A stretch of 33,839 nt of DNA from Myxococcota bacterium (GTDB lineage Bacteria > Myxococcota_A > SURF-8 > G963663525): NCBI GenBank assembly GCA_963676915.2, contig CAXXVK010000050.1, positions 1-33,839 on the forward strand, read 5' to 3'. Positions 7,845 through 17,461 of the stretch are shown piece after piece (the stretch's first letter is position 1; each line of letters opens with the position of its first letter). Under the pieces are notes generated by a model. That model saw only the letters and a list, made by a program, of their open reading frames with translations, searched no databases and was not told where the DNA came from. Position numbers and translations under genes: made by a program.

Positions 7845-9494
7845 TCAGAATTGGATGACAACCTCGTTGCCGGTGCTCTGCTGTCCTCCGCCACCGTCGC
7901 TGCCGCAAATGACACCTGCACCGCACAAGGCTCCTGCCGTCGCTCCACCGGCCACGACGACACCGACGATGGTCCATAGCCACCAGGCCTTGTACAAGGG
8001 CGTTTCGTCGTCTTCCAACTCGGTGATTTCCTCTTCGACGACGGGAGCCACATAGTTGGGCGTCCAGCGCGTGGCGTTGGAAAACAGCCGGTCGAGATGT
8101 TCGTTAACGGCGGAAACAAGGTTGGTTTTTCGTAAGTTGTGCCGTTTTTGCAAAGCACGATGCCGACCTTTGTCGGGGATCTCGTTACCGTATTCATCCG
8201 TACCCAACGAACCTTTTTTGGCTCGCATGTCGTAATAATACGCCTTGATGTTCATATCGCCATCGTCCATGCCGACGCGCATCAGCAGCAGGCGATAGCT
8301 TCGGACCACTTTGCTCAGGCGAGCGACATTGGTAAACATTTCGGCATGCTCGAACTTCTTCTGCATCGCCTTGACTTCGCTGATAAAGGGATAGTACTTT
8401 GCCACCTGTTGCAGATCGACGGGTAATTCTTTGGCGATCCCTTTATAAATCGTGCTCTTCGTACGGTAATCTTTGTAACCGTCCATGCTGACTTTGATCG
8501 AGTGCTCACCTACGGGAAGATCTCCGATTTCCAGTGGCGTAAGTCCTTTGAACTGCCCGTCTACGAAGACTTCCAACCCTCTCGGTTTCGACTCGGTGAT
8601 TTTCAACGTGCCCATTTCCATTTCTTCCATGGACTTGCCGGTTTCTTCGAAAACCTTGCGTACGTCGGCGTTATCCAACATGGGAGGCTCGGCTTTGGGA
8701 TCGAAAGACAGCATGTTGCGGAACGCCTCTTCGGCCTTTCTTTTCTGTTTGGCCAGAATCATCGAGGTTCCCTGGTAGCCGTAGGCTTTTGCGCTTTGGG
8801 TGCGGTATTCGACGAACTCCAACAAGGGCTGGCAGGCAAGAGCCGTTTCACCGAATTGTTTGGCCGCCTTGGAGTATTCCTCGTCCTCGAACGATTGCAT
8901 GGCGGCTTTCATCTTCTTTTCGATCTTTTCCGCTTCGCTTTTTTCATTGACGGTGGAACGATCTTTTAACGCCAGATTGGTTGGAACGAGGCGAAGTTTG
9001 GAGTTTGTTCGAAGCCATGAGCGGGCCGTGATGCGCACTTGGGCGGCGGCTTCGTCACTGAGGCGATCCTCGGACATGACAACGAGAATGACCTTTTTTC
9101 CACCTTTAACGCCCGGTTGGAAGGTAGATTGATCCAACGGAGGAAGAATGTATTCTTCGTATTCTTCCTCGGCTTCGTCTTCCTCGTCATCTTCATCATC
9201 CGAAACGGTGGCAGGCTGAGAGGCGGGTTTTTCCTCGGAGGCCTCGTCTTCGGCGTCCTCCTCATCCTCGTCTTCTTCCGCTTCGTCCTCGTCATCCACT
9301 TCGTCTTCATCCTCCTCGGCCTCGTCGCCGAGAAGTTCATCGTCGTCCATTTCGAGAAGGTCGAGGGCGTCTTGCGCCTCCGCTCGCTGAACGAACCCGA
9401 TTCTCAAAAGATCGAGATTGAGGAATTGCACCAACAAGACGATCTGCATCCACGTGAAAAACCGCCAAAAAGGACTGCTTTTGAGCCTGATCAT
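7845..9494 (-). CDS. PEGA domain-containing membrane/secreted protein with acidic stalk, TPR-like helices and C-terminal TM segment
   Basis: PEGA motif GTLKITESKPRGLEVFVDGQFKGLTPLEIGDLPVGEHSIKVSMDGYKDY. C-terminal PLYKAWWLWTIVGVVVAGG. N-terminal signal ending AEA. Start uncertain (ATG 9494 or TTG 9509). Confidence 0.8.
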   Translation of the reverse strand: MIRLKSSPFWRFFTWMQIVLLVQFLNLDLLRIGFVQRAEAQDALDLLEMDDDELLGDEAEEDEDEVDDEDEAEEDEDEEDAEDEASEEKPASQPATVSDDEDDEEDEAEEEYEEYILPPLDQSTFQPGVKGGKKVILVVMSEDRLSDEAAAQVRITARSWLRTNSKLRLVPTNLALKDRSTVNEKSEAEKIEKKMKAAMQSFEDEEYSKAAKQFGETALACQPLLEFVEYRTQSAKAYGYQGTSMILAKQKRKAEEAFRNMLSFDPKAEPPMLDNADVRKVFEETGKSMEEMEMGTLKITESKPRGLEVFVDGQFKGLTPLEIGDLPVGEHSIKVSMDGYKDYRTKSTIYKGIAKELPVDLQQVAKYYPFISEVKAMQKKFEHAEMFTNVARLSKVVRSYRLLLMRVGMDDGDMNIKAYYYDMRAKKGSLGTDEYGNEIPDKGRHRALQKRHNLRKTNLVSAVNEHLDRLFSNATRWTPNYVAPVVEEEITELEDDETPLYKAWWLWTIVGVVVAGGATAGALCGAGVICGSDGGGGQQSTGNEVVIQF

Positions 9495-9600
9495 CGAACT
9501 CTCCACCAAAAAGTCAGGAAATTCTATAGGAAGGTTACAACGATAAATTAGGCGATGCCAGCTTTTTTTAGGTTCAACGCGGAATTGGGAGGAATGGTTG

Positions 9601-11586
9601 TTACCACAACACCTTCACATCTTGTTGAAGCAGGATGTAAAAAGCCGCTGACCACATGAAATTCGGAGCACCGATTCCTTCCCCTGTTTGTGAATTGTAA
9701 TACTCATAGGTGGTTTCATGGGCAGCAATCATGGAAAGGGTATGCTCTTTTAGTTTCGTGGCTTGTTCCGTCAGTCCATAGCGTTCGAGACCCCATATGG
9801 CAAAGGCATTGGTCACCACCCAGACCGGACCCCGCCAGTAATTTTCAGGCTCGTAAACGGAACTGTTCGGCGATGCCGTCGGCAGCATGAAAGGGGTTGC
9901 AAACAGCGCTGGATCGTCAAGCTTCGTGGCGACGGTTGCGGCCTGATCTTCGCTGGCGACTCCTGCGAAAAGCGGCATAAATGTAGCGGGAGAGACGATA
10001 GAAGTCGGCTGGTTGTCTGCAATCGTCAGGTCGAAAAACATTCCTTCTGGTTCATTCCAGAATTCGTCACGAATCTTAGCGGCTAGCTCTTCCGCTTCTT
10101 TGGTCCACTGGTCCTGCTCTTCGGACAAACCCAGTTTACCCGCCATGATCGCCAATAGGCGGGCATCCATAACCAACCAGCAGGCAAGATCCACGGCTTC
10201 TACTGGACCGTTATCCCAACGGGGCGATGTGTCCCAGCCACTGTCCGTACCTTCCCATTCGCACAAGCCGTCCTTGTCGGAATCTTTGTTGGAATAAAAC
10301 CACTCATGATTGGCTTTGAAGGCAGAATAGTCCTCGGCCAGATTCTTCTCGAAGGTCTCATCGGTTTGAGCCAGAAGCAGAGACGCCCAGGTGAGGAGGG
10401 CCGGAGGCTGCGTGCCTGGATTGATGCTGTCGAACCAGATTTCGCGGGAAAGGTGCCCATCTTCAAGAGGTTGGGAAACGAACAAATCGATCTGACTTCG
10501 TGCAAGTTTGCGTGCCTGAGAGCCGCCGTTGAGCAACGTCAAAGCATGAAACGCCGAGTCCCAAAGCCACACCCCTCGAAAATAATGCCGTTTGCTGGGA
10601 GTGATCGCCTCGGTTTTCCAATAACCGACAGGAGAGACCACGTTTTCCCAGAACAGATACCAGGCGTTGGCATAATCTTGATCCTCAAGCTTGTCCGTCT
10701 GGGGTGCTTCTCCCATCCATTGACAGACATCCCACTCTGCGGCTTGGATGAGGCTCGGAAAATCCTGCGTCTCGTAGCTTTTGATGGAAGGCTCGTTGTT
10801 TTCCGACAGGTTCACGGTAAGCAGCCACTCTTTGGCAGCATTTTTTTCAAGTAGATAGGAAAAAGACCATTTTTGCTCGCTTGGATCTACCGTCACGGAA
10901 TCCGGTTCGGGAAAAGGACGCAATGCGACGTTCCAGGTAACGGGTGTCGGATCGCTCCAGAGGTTGGCATATTGGTCGGACAACGTAAGGTCCAAGCCGC
11001 CGTTGGCGGCGTTCTCGATGGTGCCGCCAATCGTTTCAAGGGCGCTTTTGCCTACAAACTCGATTGTTACATCCTCGGGACCGTTTTGTGCGGAAAGATG
11101 AATTACAAGCGTGTTGTCATCCGCGTAAAGCGATGTTTCTACAAGGGAAACGGAACCACAGGAACTGCGTCGCTCAAGAACCGCTCCTCGCCATTCATGA
11201 CTTTCCAGTCGACATTTTTCCGAAGCGATCTGCACTTCCAAGAGCGGATCGAGAATCGGCCTGAAGATGTCGAAATGAGACATGAAGTCCGAATACTGAC
11301 GCCAGTACAATGCTGCGGGGCTAAATGTTGCGTCATCTCCTGTATCGGTCTGGTCGAACCAGAGATAGGATTGCGTGCCTTTTCGGGCAAGGAGTCGTTT
11401 CGAAGTAGGGATTTCGGGAAATCTGCCGAAGGGGCAATCTTCCGTCTCCAACTCATTTTCGAGCCAATCCGTATCCCCCTCGTTAGATGGGTTTGTGGAA
11501 TTGGATGCAGAATTTCCGTCACAGGAAGTAAAAAACAACAAAGAAAACAACAAAGTAAGTGTCAAAGAAATCGTAATTATTTTCAA
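9601..11586 (-). CDS. Lipoprotein glycoside hydrolase, (alpha/alpha)6 GH63/MGH1-like (trehalase/glucosidase-like)
   Basis: Lipobox FTSC. Motifs YFRGVWLWDSAFH, TQPP, DSGWDTSPRWD, YWRGPVW, YEYYNSQTGEG, FMWSAA. TTG start overlaps the upstream stop (TTGA). Confidence 0.85.
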   Translation of the reverse strand: MKIITISLTLTLLFSLLFFTSCDGNSASNSTNPSNEGDTDWLENELETEDCPFGRFPEIPTSKRLLARKGTQSYLWFDQTDTGDDATFSPAALYWRQYSDFMSHFDIFRPILDPLLEVQIASEKCRLESHEWRGAVLERRSSCGSVSLVETSLYADDNTLVIHLSAQNGPEDVTIEFVGKSALETIGGTIENAANGGLDLTLSDQYANLWSDPTPVTWNVALRPFPEPDSVTVDPSEQKWSFSYLLEKNAAKEWLLTVNLSENNEPSIKSYETQDFPSLIQAAEWDVCQWMGEAPQTDKLEDQDYANAWYLFWENVVSPVGYWKTEAITPSKRHYFRGVWLWDSAFHALTLLNGGSQARKLARSQIDLFVSQPLEDGHLSREIWFDSINPGTQPPALLTWASLLLAQTDETFEKNLAEDYSAFKANHEWFYSNKDSDKDGLCEWEGTDSGWDTSPRWDNGPVEAVDLACWLVMDARLLAIMAGKLGLSEEQDQWTKEAEELAAKIRDEFWNEPEGMFFDLTIADNQPTSIVSPATFMPLFAGVASEDQAATVATKLDDPALFATPFMLPTASPNSSVYEPENYWRGPVWVVTNAFAIWGLERYGLTEQATKLKEHTLSMIAAHETTYEYYNSQTGEGIGAPNFMWSAAFYILLQQDVKVLW

Positions 11587-12986
11587 TGGTTTTGCCGTTT
11601 CTTAGAAGAACCTACACACATAGGATCACTTTCGTACCAATCCAATGTGCAGAGATCGAACACTACCAAATCATCTTGGGGACTCCGCCATCGCGTGTCA
11701 AGATACAAAACCCAGCGTCCTGAAATTCGTGGTTTTAATTGCAATAAATTTGTTTCTGCAATCGGCCTCGCTTCTCTTCGTTCCAGGTCGTACAACCAGA
11801 TATCAGAGTTGAAATAGTACCCAAAAGAATCTCTTCCTCCATTGCGAAAATCAGTCCAAACTACGCGAGATCCGTCGATATCGGGATAGGTTTTTTGATG
11901 GGGTTGGGGATCTATGGTTATTCTTTCATTTGAAAAAAGGTTGTAAGCTCTTAAAATAGATTCCCCGTTCGGATTTAGAGTTCCGAGGAAAAGATCCGAA
12001 ATCCATACAATCCAATTTCCCGAAATCGCTGGATCTCCAGTATAGCCTTTAGTTTCGTTAATTTTTTTCAATGAGGATGAATCATGAAGATCTATAAGCA
12101 TAACATCTGTATATTCATTGCTATAGTTTCGAATCCAAACAATTTTCTCATCTGAAGTTCGGGCAAGGCAGTCTGAGGTTGAACTTGAAGACGTTTCAAT
12201 ACTTTTTAACGTTCCATCCGCAATGTTGTAATAGTAAAGATCCGGAGCAAATTCAATCCACACAATCCAATTTCCGTGCATGTCCAGATAATCACCAACA
12301 TCTGTCGGATAACGAATTTCACCGGATGATATATTATAAAGCAACAAATCTTCCCGATTTTCTGGATCTCTATGGATAAGGCGTGTATTGCAAGCAACTG
12401 TATCTTTATACACCGTTGGGTAGACACAATCGTATTCCGAATCAGGAAATTCCTTGATTTCGCATGTGCCGCACGGAAGTTTGCAGATATGCATTTTCCA
12501 ATCGTCATCACAGAATACCACAGTGTTTTCGTGGATATCGTAATTGATGAACGGCATATCGATGAAATCCCCATCCGTGGTCAATCGTATTTCTCCCGGT
12601 AAAAGTAAAGGATCATCTTGTGGTTCGCATTCTTGTGGGATACCTTCTTCGACAGGTTCTTGCTCTATTGGGAAATCTGATTCTTGATCGCACAAGTCCA
12701 AGTCTTCTGTTTCAGAAATATTCTCATTGTTGGGTGTTTCAGTTGATATACAAATGGCGTGATTGTCTTCGAGGATGCATTCATCTGGAAAACAGTCCAC
12801 ATCTCCACAATTATTCGAGGGAGAAAAATTTCCCTTTGTTTCCTCTCCAGCACAGGACAAACTAACGACGACAAGGAAAATTAACGGTCCAAGCTGAAGA
12901 AATGTGAGCAACTCTGTATGATTTAGGAGTACTTTCACCGTTTGTTCTGCTTTGGGTTTACACGAAGTCGAGTGCCATTCCTTCAT
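11583..12986 (-). CDS. Putative lipoprotein with TolB-like/surface-layer-type beta-propeller repeats
   Basis: Hydrophobic stretch ending SLS|C. Repeats PAISGNWIVW, PDIDGSRVVWTDFRNG..DIWLYDL, PRISGRWVLYLDTR..DLVVFDL. AT-rich. Start codon uncertain. Confidence 0.7.
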   Translation of the reverse strand: MKEWHSTSCKPKAEQTVKVLLNHTELLTFLQLGPLIFLVVVSLSCAGEETKGNFSPSNNCGDVDCFPDECILEDNHAICISTETPNNENISETEDLDLCDQESDFPIEQEPVEEGIPQECEPQDDPLLLPGEIRLTTDGDFIDMPFINYDIHENTVVFCDDDWKMHICKLPCGTCEIKEFPDSEYDCVYPTVYKDTVACNTRLIHRDPENREDLLLYNISSGEIRYPTDVGDYLDMHGNWIVWIEFAPDLYYYNIADGTLKSIETSSSSTSDCLARTSDEKIVWIRNYSNEYTDVMLIDLHDSSSLKKINETKGYTGDPAISGNWIVWISDLFLGTLNPNGESILRAYNLFSNERITIDPQPHQKTYPDIDGSRVVWTDFRNGGRDSFGYYFNSDIWLYDLERREARPIAETNLLQLKPRISGRWVLYLDTRWRSPQDDLVVFDLCTLDWYESDPMCVGSSKKRQNH

Positions 12987-13056
12987 TATTGGACGATCTG
13001 GTTATCGAAAAAGTATATTTCTTTGCAAAGTATTTCCATCAATCTACAAAGATTAC

Positions 13057-14472
13057 CTAAGAATTTTCAGCACGTTTGAGTGCTTTTCGCAGACCCGAGG
13101 GGGTGATCCCCAGCAAGTGGGCGGCAGCGTTTTTGTTGCCTTCCGTTCGCCGCAAGGCTTCTTCGATCAGCAGTTTCGGTGCTTCGCTCAATGTCGGTAA
13201 CGTTTCAAAGAGAGAAAACGGCGACTCGGCCGATAGTTCCTGCGGGGAGGCCGATGGTGCTTCTCGATGCTTGGAAATGTGCTGGTGAAACGTGTTGAGT
13301 GAGAGCATTCGGCTTTTGTGAGAACTGACCGCTTCGTAAACGATGCTTTCCAACTCCCTGATATTACCGGGAAAATTGTAGTGCTTCAGTACTTGATAGA
13401 CTTCTTTGGGGACCGTTGGCTTGGGTTTGTCCAGCGCATCGGCGGATTTTTGCAAGAAATGTTCGACAAGTAACGGGAGGTCGTCCAGGCGTTTTCGTAA
13501 CGGTGGGATGTCGATGGCGTGAGTCTGGAGACGGTAATACAGATCGGCTCGAAAACGTTCTTCTCGCTGCAAGGACAACAGATCCCGGTTGGTGGCCGCT
13601 ACGATCCTTGCGGAAGATGTTTTAGGGTCGTCGGAGCCGATCGGCAGGTATTCATTTTCTTGCAGCAAACGGAGTAACTTAACCTGGCTCGGATGCTGTA
13701 AGTCACCGATTTCATCGAGGAAAAGAGTCCCGTTGGCGGCGGTTTCGATCAGACCTGCCCGAGGACGATCCGCGCCGGTAAACGCACCTTTGATATGACC
13801 GAACAGGGTGTCGGAAAACACGTTGTCATCCAGACCGGCGGCGTTGACGGCTACGAAGCGGCCTTTGCGTCCCGAGGCTTCGTGAACCGCCCGAGCCATA
13901 AGTTCTTTACCGACCCCGGTTTCTCCCGTGATCAATACCGGACGATTGGAAGGCGCCACGGTTTCGATATACCGGAAAATGGACAACATTGCGGTGTTTC
14001 GGGAGACGATCGATTCGAACCATTCCGGGTGATCGATTTTGTTGTCCATCACCCGTTGACGAAACGAAAAGTATTCCGTTCTCAACTCGCTTAGTTCAAT
14101 GGCACGCAAAACGCAGGAAATCAGCCGAGCGCTTTCGAAGGGTTTGACCAGGTAATCGAACGCTCCGGTCTGAATGCAGCGGATGGCGGTGTCCATGTCG
14201 CTTTGGCCGCTCACGACGATGGCCGGAGTCTGAGGTTGCTCCGCCATGATGATTTCCAGCAGCTTTTCCCCTGGAAGATGCGGCATGGTCAGATCCAGAA
14301 GGATTACGGAAAAGGAGTGCTTGCGAATCCAGTCTGCCGCTTTTCGGCTGTCCTGTTCGGCAATTACGGGACTGATATTGGCGGAGCGCAACAGCAATTC
14401 CATCGATTCGAGGACGATCGGTTCGTCATCGACCAAAAGGATGGGCCAGGTCATGTTCTGAGCGGTGTTCAT
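13057..14472 (-). CDS. Sigma-54-dependent response regulator (NtrC/AtoC family: REC-AAA+-Fis HTH)
   Basis: ILLVDDE..LLDLTMP..GAFDYLVKP; Walker A GETGVGKE; GAFTGA; FLDEIGD; RIVAATNRDL; FRADLYYRL; FPGNIRELE; AAHLLGIT. Confidence 0.95.
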   Translation of the reverse strand: MNTAQNMTWPILLVDDEPIVLESMELLLRSANISPVIAEQDSRKAADWIRKHSFSVILLDLTMPHLPGEKLLEIIMAEQPQTPAIVVSGQSDMDTAIRCIQTGAFDYLVKPFESARLISCVLRAIELSELRTEYFSFRQRVMDNKIDHPEWFESIVSRNTAMLSIFRYIETVAPSNRPVLITGETGVGKELMARAVHEASGRKGRFVAVNAAGLDDNVFSDTLFGHIKGAFTGADRPRAGLIETAANGTLFLDEIGDLQHPSQVKLLRLLQENEYLPIGSDDPKTSSARIVAATNRDLLSLQREERFRADLYYRLQTHAIDIPPLRKRLDDLPLLVEHFLQKSADALDKPKPTVPKEVYQVLKHYNFPGNIRELESIVYEAVSSHKSRMLSLNTFHQHISKHREAPSASPQELSAESPFSLFETLPTLSEAPKLLIEEALRRTEGNKNAAAHLLGITPSGLRKALKRAENS

Positions 14473-14565
14473 ACTTTCTTTGTACCAAATCGGGCGAAAT
14501 CCTCCAACTTATTCCCACGTAGTGATGGTGGACGAAAGATTCGATTGAATCGGCACAAATCAAGT

Positions 14566-15270
14566 CTATCCCAATTTTTTGGCTTGCAAATACCTGGAAT
14601 GAATTCCCCGCTTGTCGAAATTTTTTTCAAACAGCGTTTGCGGCAGATCGTCGGACCATTCGCTGTTTTGCCAGTCGTGTGTTTGACGAGTCAATTGGTA
14701 GGGGGATTGGCCGAAAAGTTCCAAAGCTTCCTCGAAATATTCGAGGTGATCCGTTTTGAACTCGACCTTTGCATCCGGCTTGAGTACGCCTGCCATTTTC
14801 TGCACGAATTCCCCGGTGACCATTCGTCGGTAGCGGTACCTTTTGCGCTTTGACCAGGGATCGGGAAAGAACAGAAACAGTCCGTCCAACTCATTGCTAT
14901 CAAACAGCCACTCTGGATAATTCGCATCGAAGCGCAACAGGCGGATGTTTTCCAGTCCCATGGTATCGATACGTTTCAAGGTCTTGAACAATCGCTTGAA
15001 TTTCAACTCGATACCGAGGAAAAACCGGTCGGGATGACGTTCGGCCTGATCGGTGAGGAAATGCCCGAGTCCCGTGCCGATCTCCAGAAAAAGTGGCCGA
15101 TTTTCGGTGATTTGGCTCCACGTTCCTTTGTTCGCCATGGCCTGAAGAGGATGGACGACGAACCGTTCGTATTCCATCAAACGGTCGAGGTAGGGATTGG
15201 TTTTGCAATATCCTTCTTCATCGTAGAAGGGGCGAAGTGGAGCAGGGGGCTTTTGTCGCTGTTTAGCCAT
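14566..15270 (-). CDS. trmB: tRNA (guanine-N7)-methyltransferase
   Basis: LEIGTGLGHF, FLGIE, NIRLLRFDA, FFPDPWSKRK..RRM, FKTDHLEYF, TLFEK. Confidence 0.92.
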   Translation of the reverse strand: MAKQRQKPPAPLRPFYDEEGYCKTNPYLDRLMEYERFVVHPLQAMANKGTWSQITENRPLFLEIGTGLGHFLTDQAERHPDRFFLGIELKFKRLFKTLKRIDTMGLENIRLLRFDANYPEWLFDSNELDGLFLFFPDPWSKRKRYRYRRMVTGEFVQKMAGVLKPDAKVEFKTDHLEYFEEALELFGQSPYQLTRQTHDWQNSEWSDDLPQTLFEKNFDKRGIHSRYLQAKKLG

Positions 15271-15420
15271 AATATGTACCGCGATTCGGGAAATAATCCA
15301 GTTCTATCGGAAGGCACTCATAGCATTAAGTATGGGTTATAGAAAAGAAAAATGTATCCGGTCTATCAAAACCGTTCCGGTGAAAGTCGTGGAAAAACGG
15401 AATGGAAAAATGAAGGGCGA

Positions 15421-15460
15421 TCCGGCAAAATCTTGACTTTTTCCGGCAAGTGAACATGAT
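15421..15460 (+). promoter_or_regulatory. Putative sigma70 promoter with a direct repeat flanking the -35
   Basis: TTGACT (15433-15438), 16 bp, CATGAT (15455-15460). TCCGGCAA repeated at 15421 and 15442. Confidence 0.35.
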
Positions 15461-15514
15461 CGAAATGTGATTTTCCGTTCCGAATCAGATACTTGGAATT
15501 CGAGGAGTATGCGG

Positions 15515-15871
15515 ATGCCCAGTCTCGCCGAAAAAATCCTGAAAATGGTCGATCAGGGCATCAGCCTTTACAAATCCAATCTTCCGGGAATCGATTTATC
15601 CGGGAAAAATCTTCGTGGAGCCGATTTTTCCTTTTCGAATCTTCGTGGAGCCGACCTGAGCGGTTGCAACCTGATTTGCGCCAATTTCGAAAATGCCGAT
15701 CTCACAGACTGCAATTTGAAAGATGCCGACCTGCGGTACGCCAATCTCACGCAAACCGTTCTCGACGGTACCGTACTGGATGGAATCGAAGATTTGAGCG
15801 AAGTCACCCAGCTCAAGCCGCGAAAACCCAAAGAGAAAAAGACGGCATCGCCTCCGAAAAAGAGCGAATGA
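15515..15871 (+). CDS. Pentapeptide repeat protein
   Basis: SNLPG-IDLSG-KNLRG-ADFSF-SNLRG-ADLSG-CNLIC-ANFEN-ADLTD-CNLKD-ADLRY-ANLTQ; basic tail. SD GAGGAG at 15502-15507. Confidence 0.9.
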   Translation: MPSLAEKILKMVDQGISLYKSNLPGIDLSGKNLRGADFSFSNLRGADLSGCNLICANFENADLTDCNLKDADLRYANLTQTVLDGTVLDGIEDLSEVTQLKPRKPKEKKTASPPKKSE

Positions 15872-15877
15872 ACAACG

Positions 15878-15905
15878 AAAAAAGCGGGATGAAATTCCCG
15901 CTTTT
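15878..15905. terminator. Bidirectional intrinsic terminator between convergent genes
   Basis: AAAAGCGGGA-tgaaat-TCCCGCTTTT, a perfect 10-bp stem with A/T tails. Confidence 0.8.
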
Positions 15906-15935
15906 CATTGCGTGTTCAAGTGGAAATCGAATGAA

Positions 15936-17447
15936 TCAGTAGTCGATTTCTTCCAGCATTTCGTGGATTTGACTCACTCGGTAGCCATCTGGATATTTAT
16001 CGAGGTAGCGTTGAGCGTAGCGCTTTGTTTCGGCAAAAAGACCGGCGGTGAAGTAACTGCTAGTCAAAGAAAACAAAGCTTCTTCGTATAGGCTGCCTTC
16101 TGGATAGCGGTCCAGGTAGAGTTTCCAGACCTGTCGGCCTTTATCTTTTTGACCCAAACGGTCATGCAACAGTTGTCCACGGCGATACAACGCTTGGGGG
16201 GATAACGTGCCTTTGCGGTCCAGTTGCTCGGCTTTTTCGAATCCGGCGAGCGCATCTTCATAACGTCGATCGGCAGTAGCGACTTCGGCGGAGAAAAAGG
16301 CGATTTCGCTTTTCAGCCGTGCTTCGGCAGGAAGACGGGTCGCCCGGTCAAGCGTACGGGCGGCGAGACCGAGTTTACGGGAGCGGAATTGTTCGCGTGC
16401 TTCGGCCAGCAGTTTTCCAGCACTTGCCTGGGGTTTGAGAAGTTCGGGAGAAAGCACTGGTGCAGGGGTATGTCGTTCGTCGGGAAGTGTAGATAAAAGA
16501 TCCGTGATTTCAGGAACATCCGACAAGGAAAGCACCTCGATGCCTCCCTCGGAGTTTAGACGAATTCCATTATGGGAGGAGACGTAAATAGGTTGTCCCT
16601 CTTCAGAATCCGGAATGTGTACTGCGACTTTGCCTTTTTGCACCACCACCACCGTTTCCCCGGTGACGTTTTCCCGCCAGACGGCAAACTGTGTACCTTT
16701 GACAACAACAAGAGCTTCATCCGTTGCTACGGAGAAACGGCGGTCTTTGGTAAGTTTGTCGATGGAAAGGGCGACCATTCCGGAAGAAAGCTCTAGGACA
16801 CTGCTTTTTTCCTTACGGTCGAAATGTATTTCCGCGCCACGGGCGGCTTTGGGATCGGGACGAAGGAAGAAAAAGCCGAGATCGTCCACTTCGACATCCA
16901 GGTTTCGGTTGCTGGCCAAACGGACGCGGGAACCGGCCAGAAACGCTTCAGCCGTATCGTTTTCGTCGAGAAGTTCGGCAAAAGAATCGGAAGGTTCGGG
17001 AGCGGGATCGGTCAGCGTAGGCATGACATCTTCCAGCTCGGCAACCATATTCGGTACGGGGTTGGGATCATCGAACTGAACGTGAACCGGACCGAAGAAG
17101 AACACTGCAACGGCAAAAGCCGCCGCCGCTGCCATGGGACGCCAGCCTGTATATAGGTACTTGAATAACGGGATGATCCCACGGTTTTTCTCAAAGGATT
17201 CGGACACGTTATACAGGAATTGGCTACGAGCCTGAAACATTTCATGGCGAGTCGGTGAAGACTGCCACGTCTCGACAGGTAGCGTGCAAAGCGAGTGAAG
17301 ATATTGATATCGCTCGAATTCTTTGGTGCATTGCTCGCAATGATCGAGGTGCTCCTGCAATTCGGGAGGAGTTTCCCCGCCGTTTTGCTGCAACAATGCG
17401 TCGAAGTCGGTCAAGCGGTAGTGCGTATGGGTTGTGTTGCGGCTCAT
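15936..17447 (-). CDS. Anti-sigma factor: ZAS zinc-finger motif, TM helix, FecR domain, C-terminal TPRs
   Basis: HLDHCEQC (HxxxCxxC). TM AAAAAFAVAVFFFG. FecR strands LELSSGMVAL..FSVATDEALVVVKGTQFAV..VVVQKGKVAV. TPR-like ALYRRGQ..WKLYLDRYPEG..YLDKYPDG. Start is ATG 17447 or TTG 17465. Confidence 0.85.
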   Translation of the reverse strand: MSRNTTHTHYRLTDFDALLQQNGGETPPELQEHLDHCEQCTKEFERYQYLHSLCTLPVETWQSSPTRHEMFQARSQFLYNVSESFEKNRGIIPLFKYLYTGWRPMAAAAAFAVAVFFFGPVHVQFDDPNPVPNMVAELEDVMPTLTDPAPEPSDSFAELLDENDTAEAFLAGSRVRLASNRNLDVEVDDLGFFFLRPDPKAARGAEIHFDRKEKSSVLELSSGMVALSIDKLTKDRRFSVATDEALVVVKGTQFAVWRENVTGETVVVVQKGKVAVHIPDSEEGQPIYVSSHNGIRLNSEGGIEVLSLSDVPEITDLLSTLPDERHTPAPVLSPELLKPQASAGKLLAEAREQFRSRKLGLAARTLDRATRLPAEARLKSEIAFFSAEVATADRRYEDALAGFEKAEQLDRKGTLSPQALYRRGQLLHDRLGQKDKGRQVWKLYLDRYPEGSLYEEALFSLTSSYFTAGLFAETKRYAQRYLDKYPDGYRVSQIHEMLEEIDY

Positions 17448-17461
17448 AACAGATTCCCGAA

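Noticed and set aside
10873-11817. 314-aa plus-strand ORF and other long antisense ORFs (e.g. 635..1327, 5454..6224, 23451..24080, 30775..31413)
   Set aside because: They are shadows of well-supported genes on the opposite strand and have no recognisable motifs.
12960-13040. Sigma-54 promoter for the lipoprotein-GH63 operon
   Set aside because: Minus-strand TGGAAATACTTTGCA has GG-N9-GC rather than N10, and TGGCACTCGACTTCGT has CG instead of GC at -12. Both are near misses.
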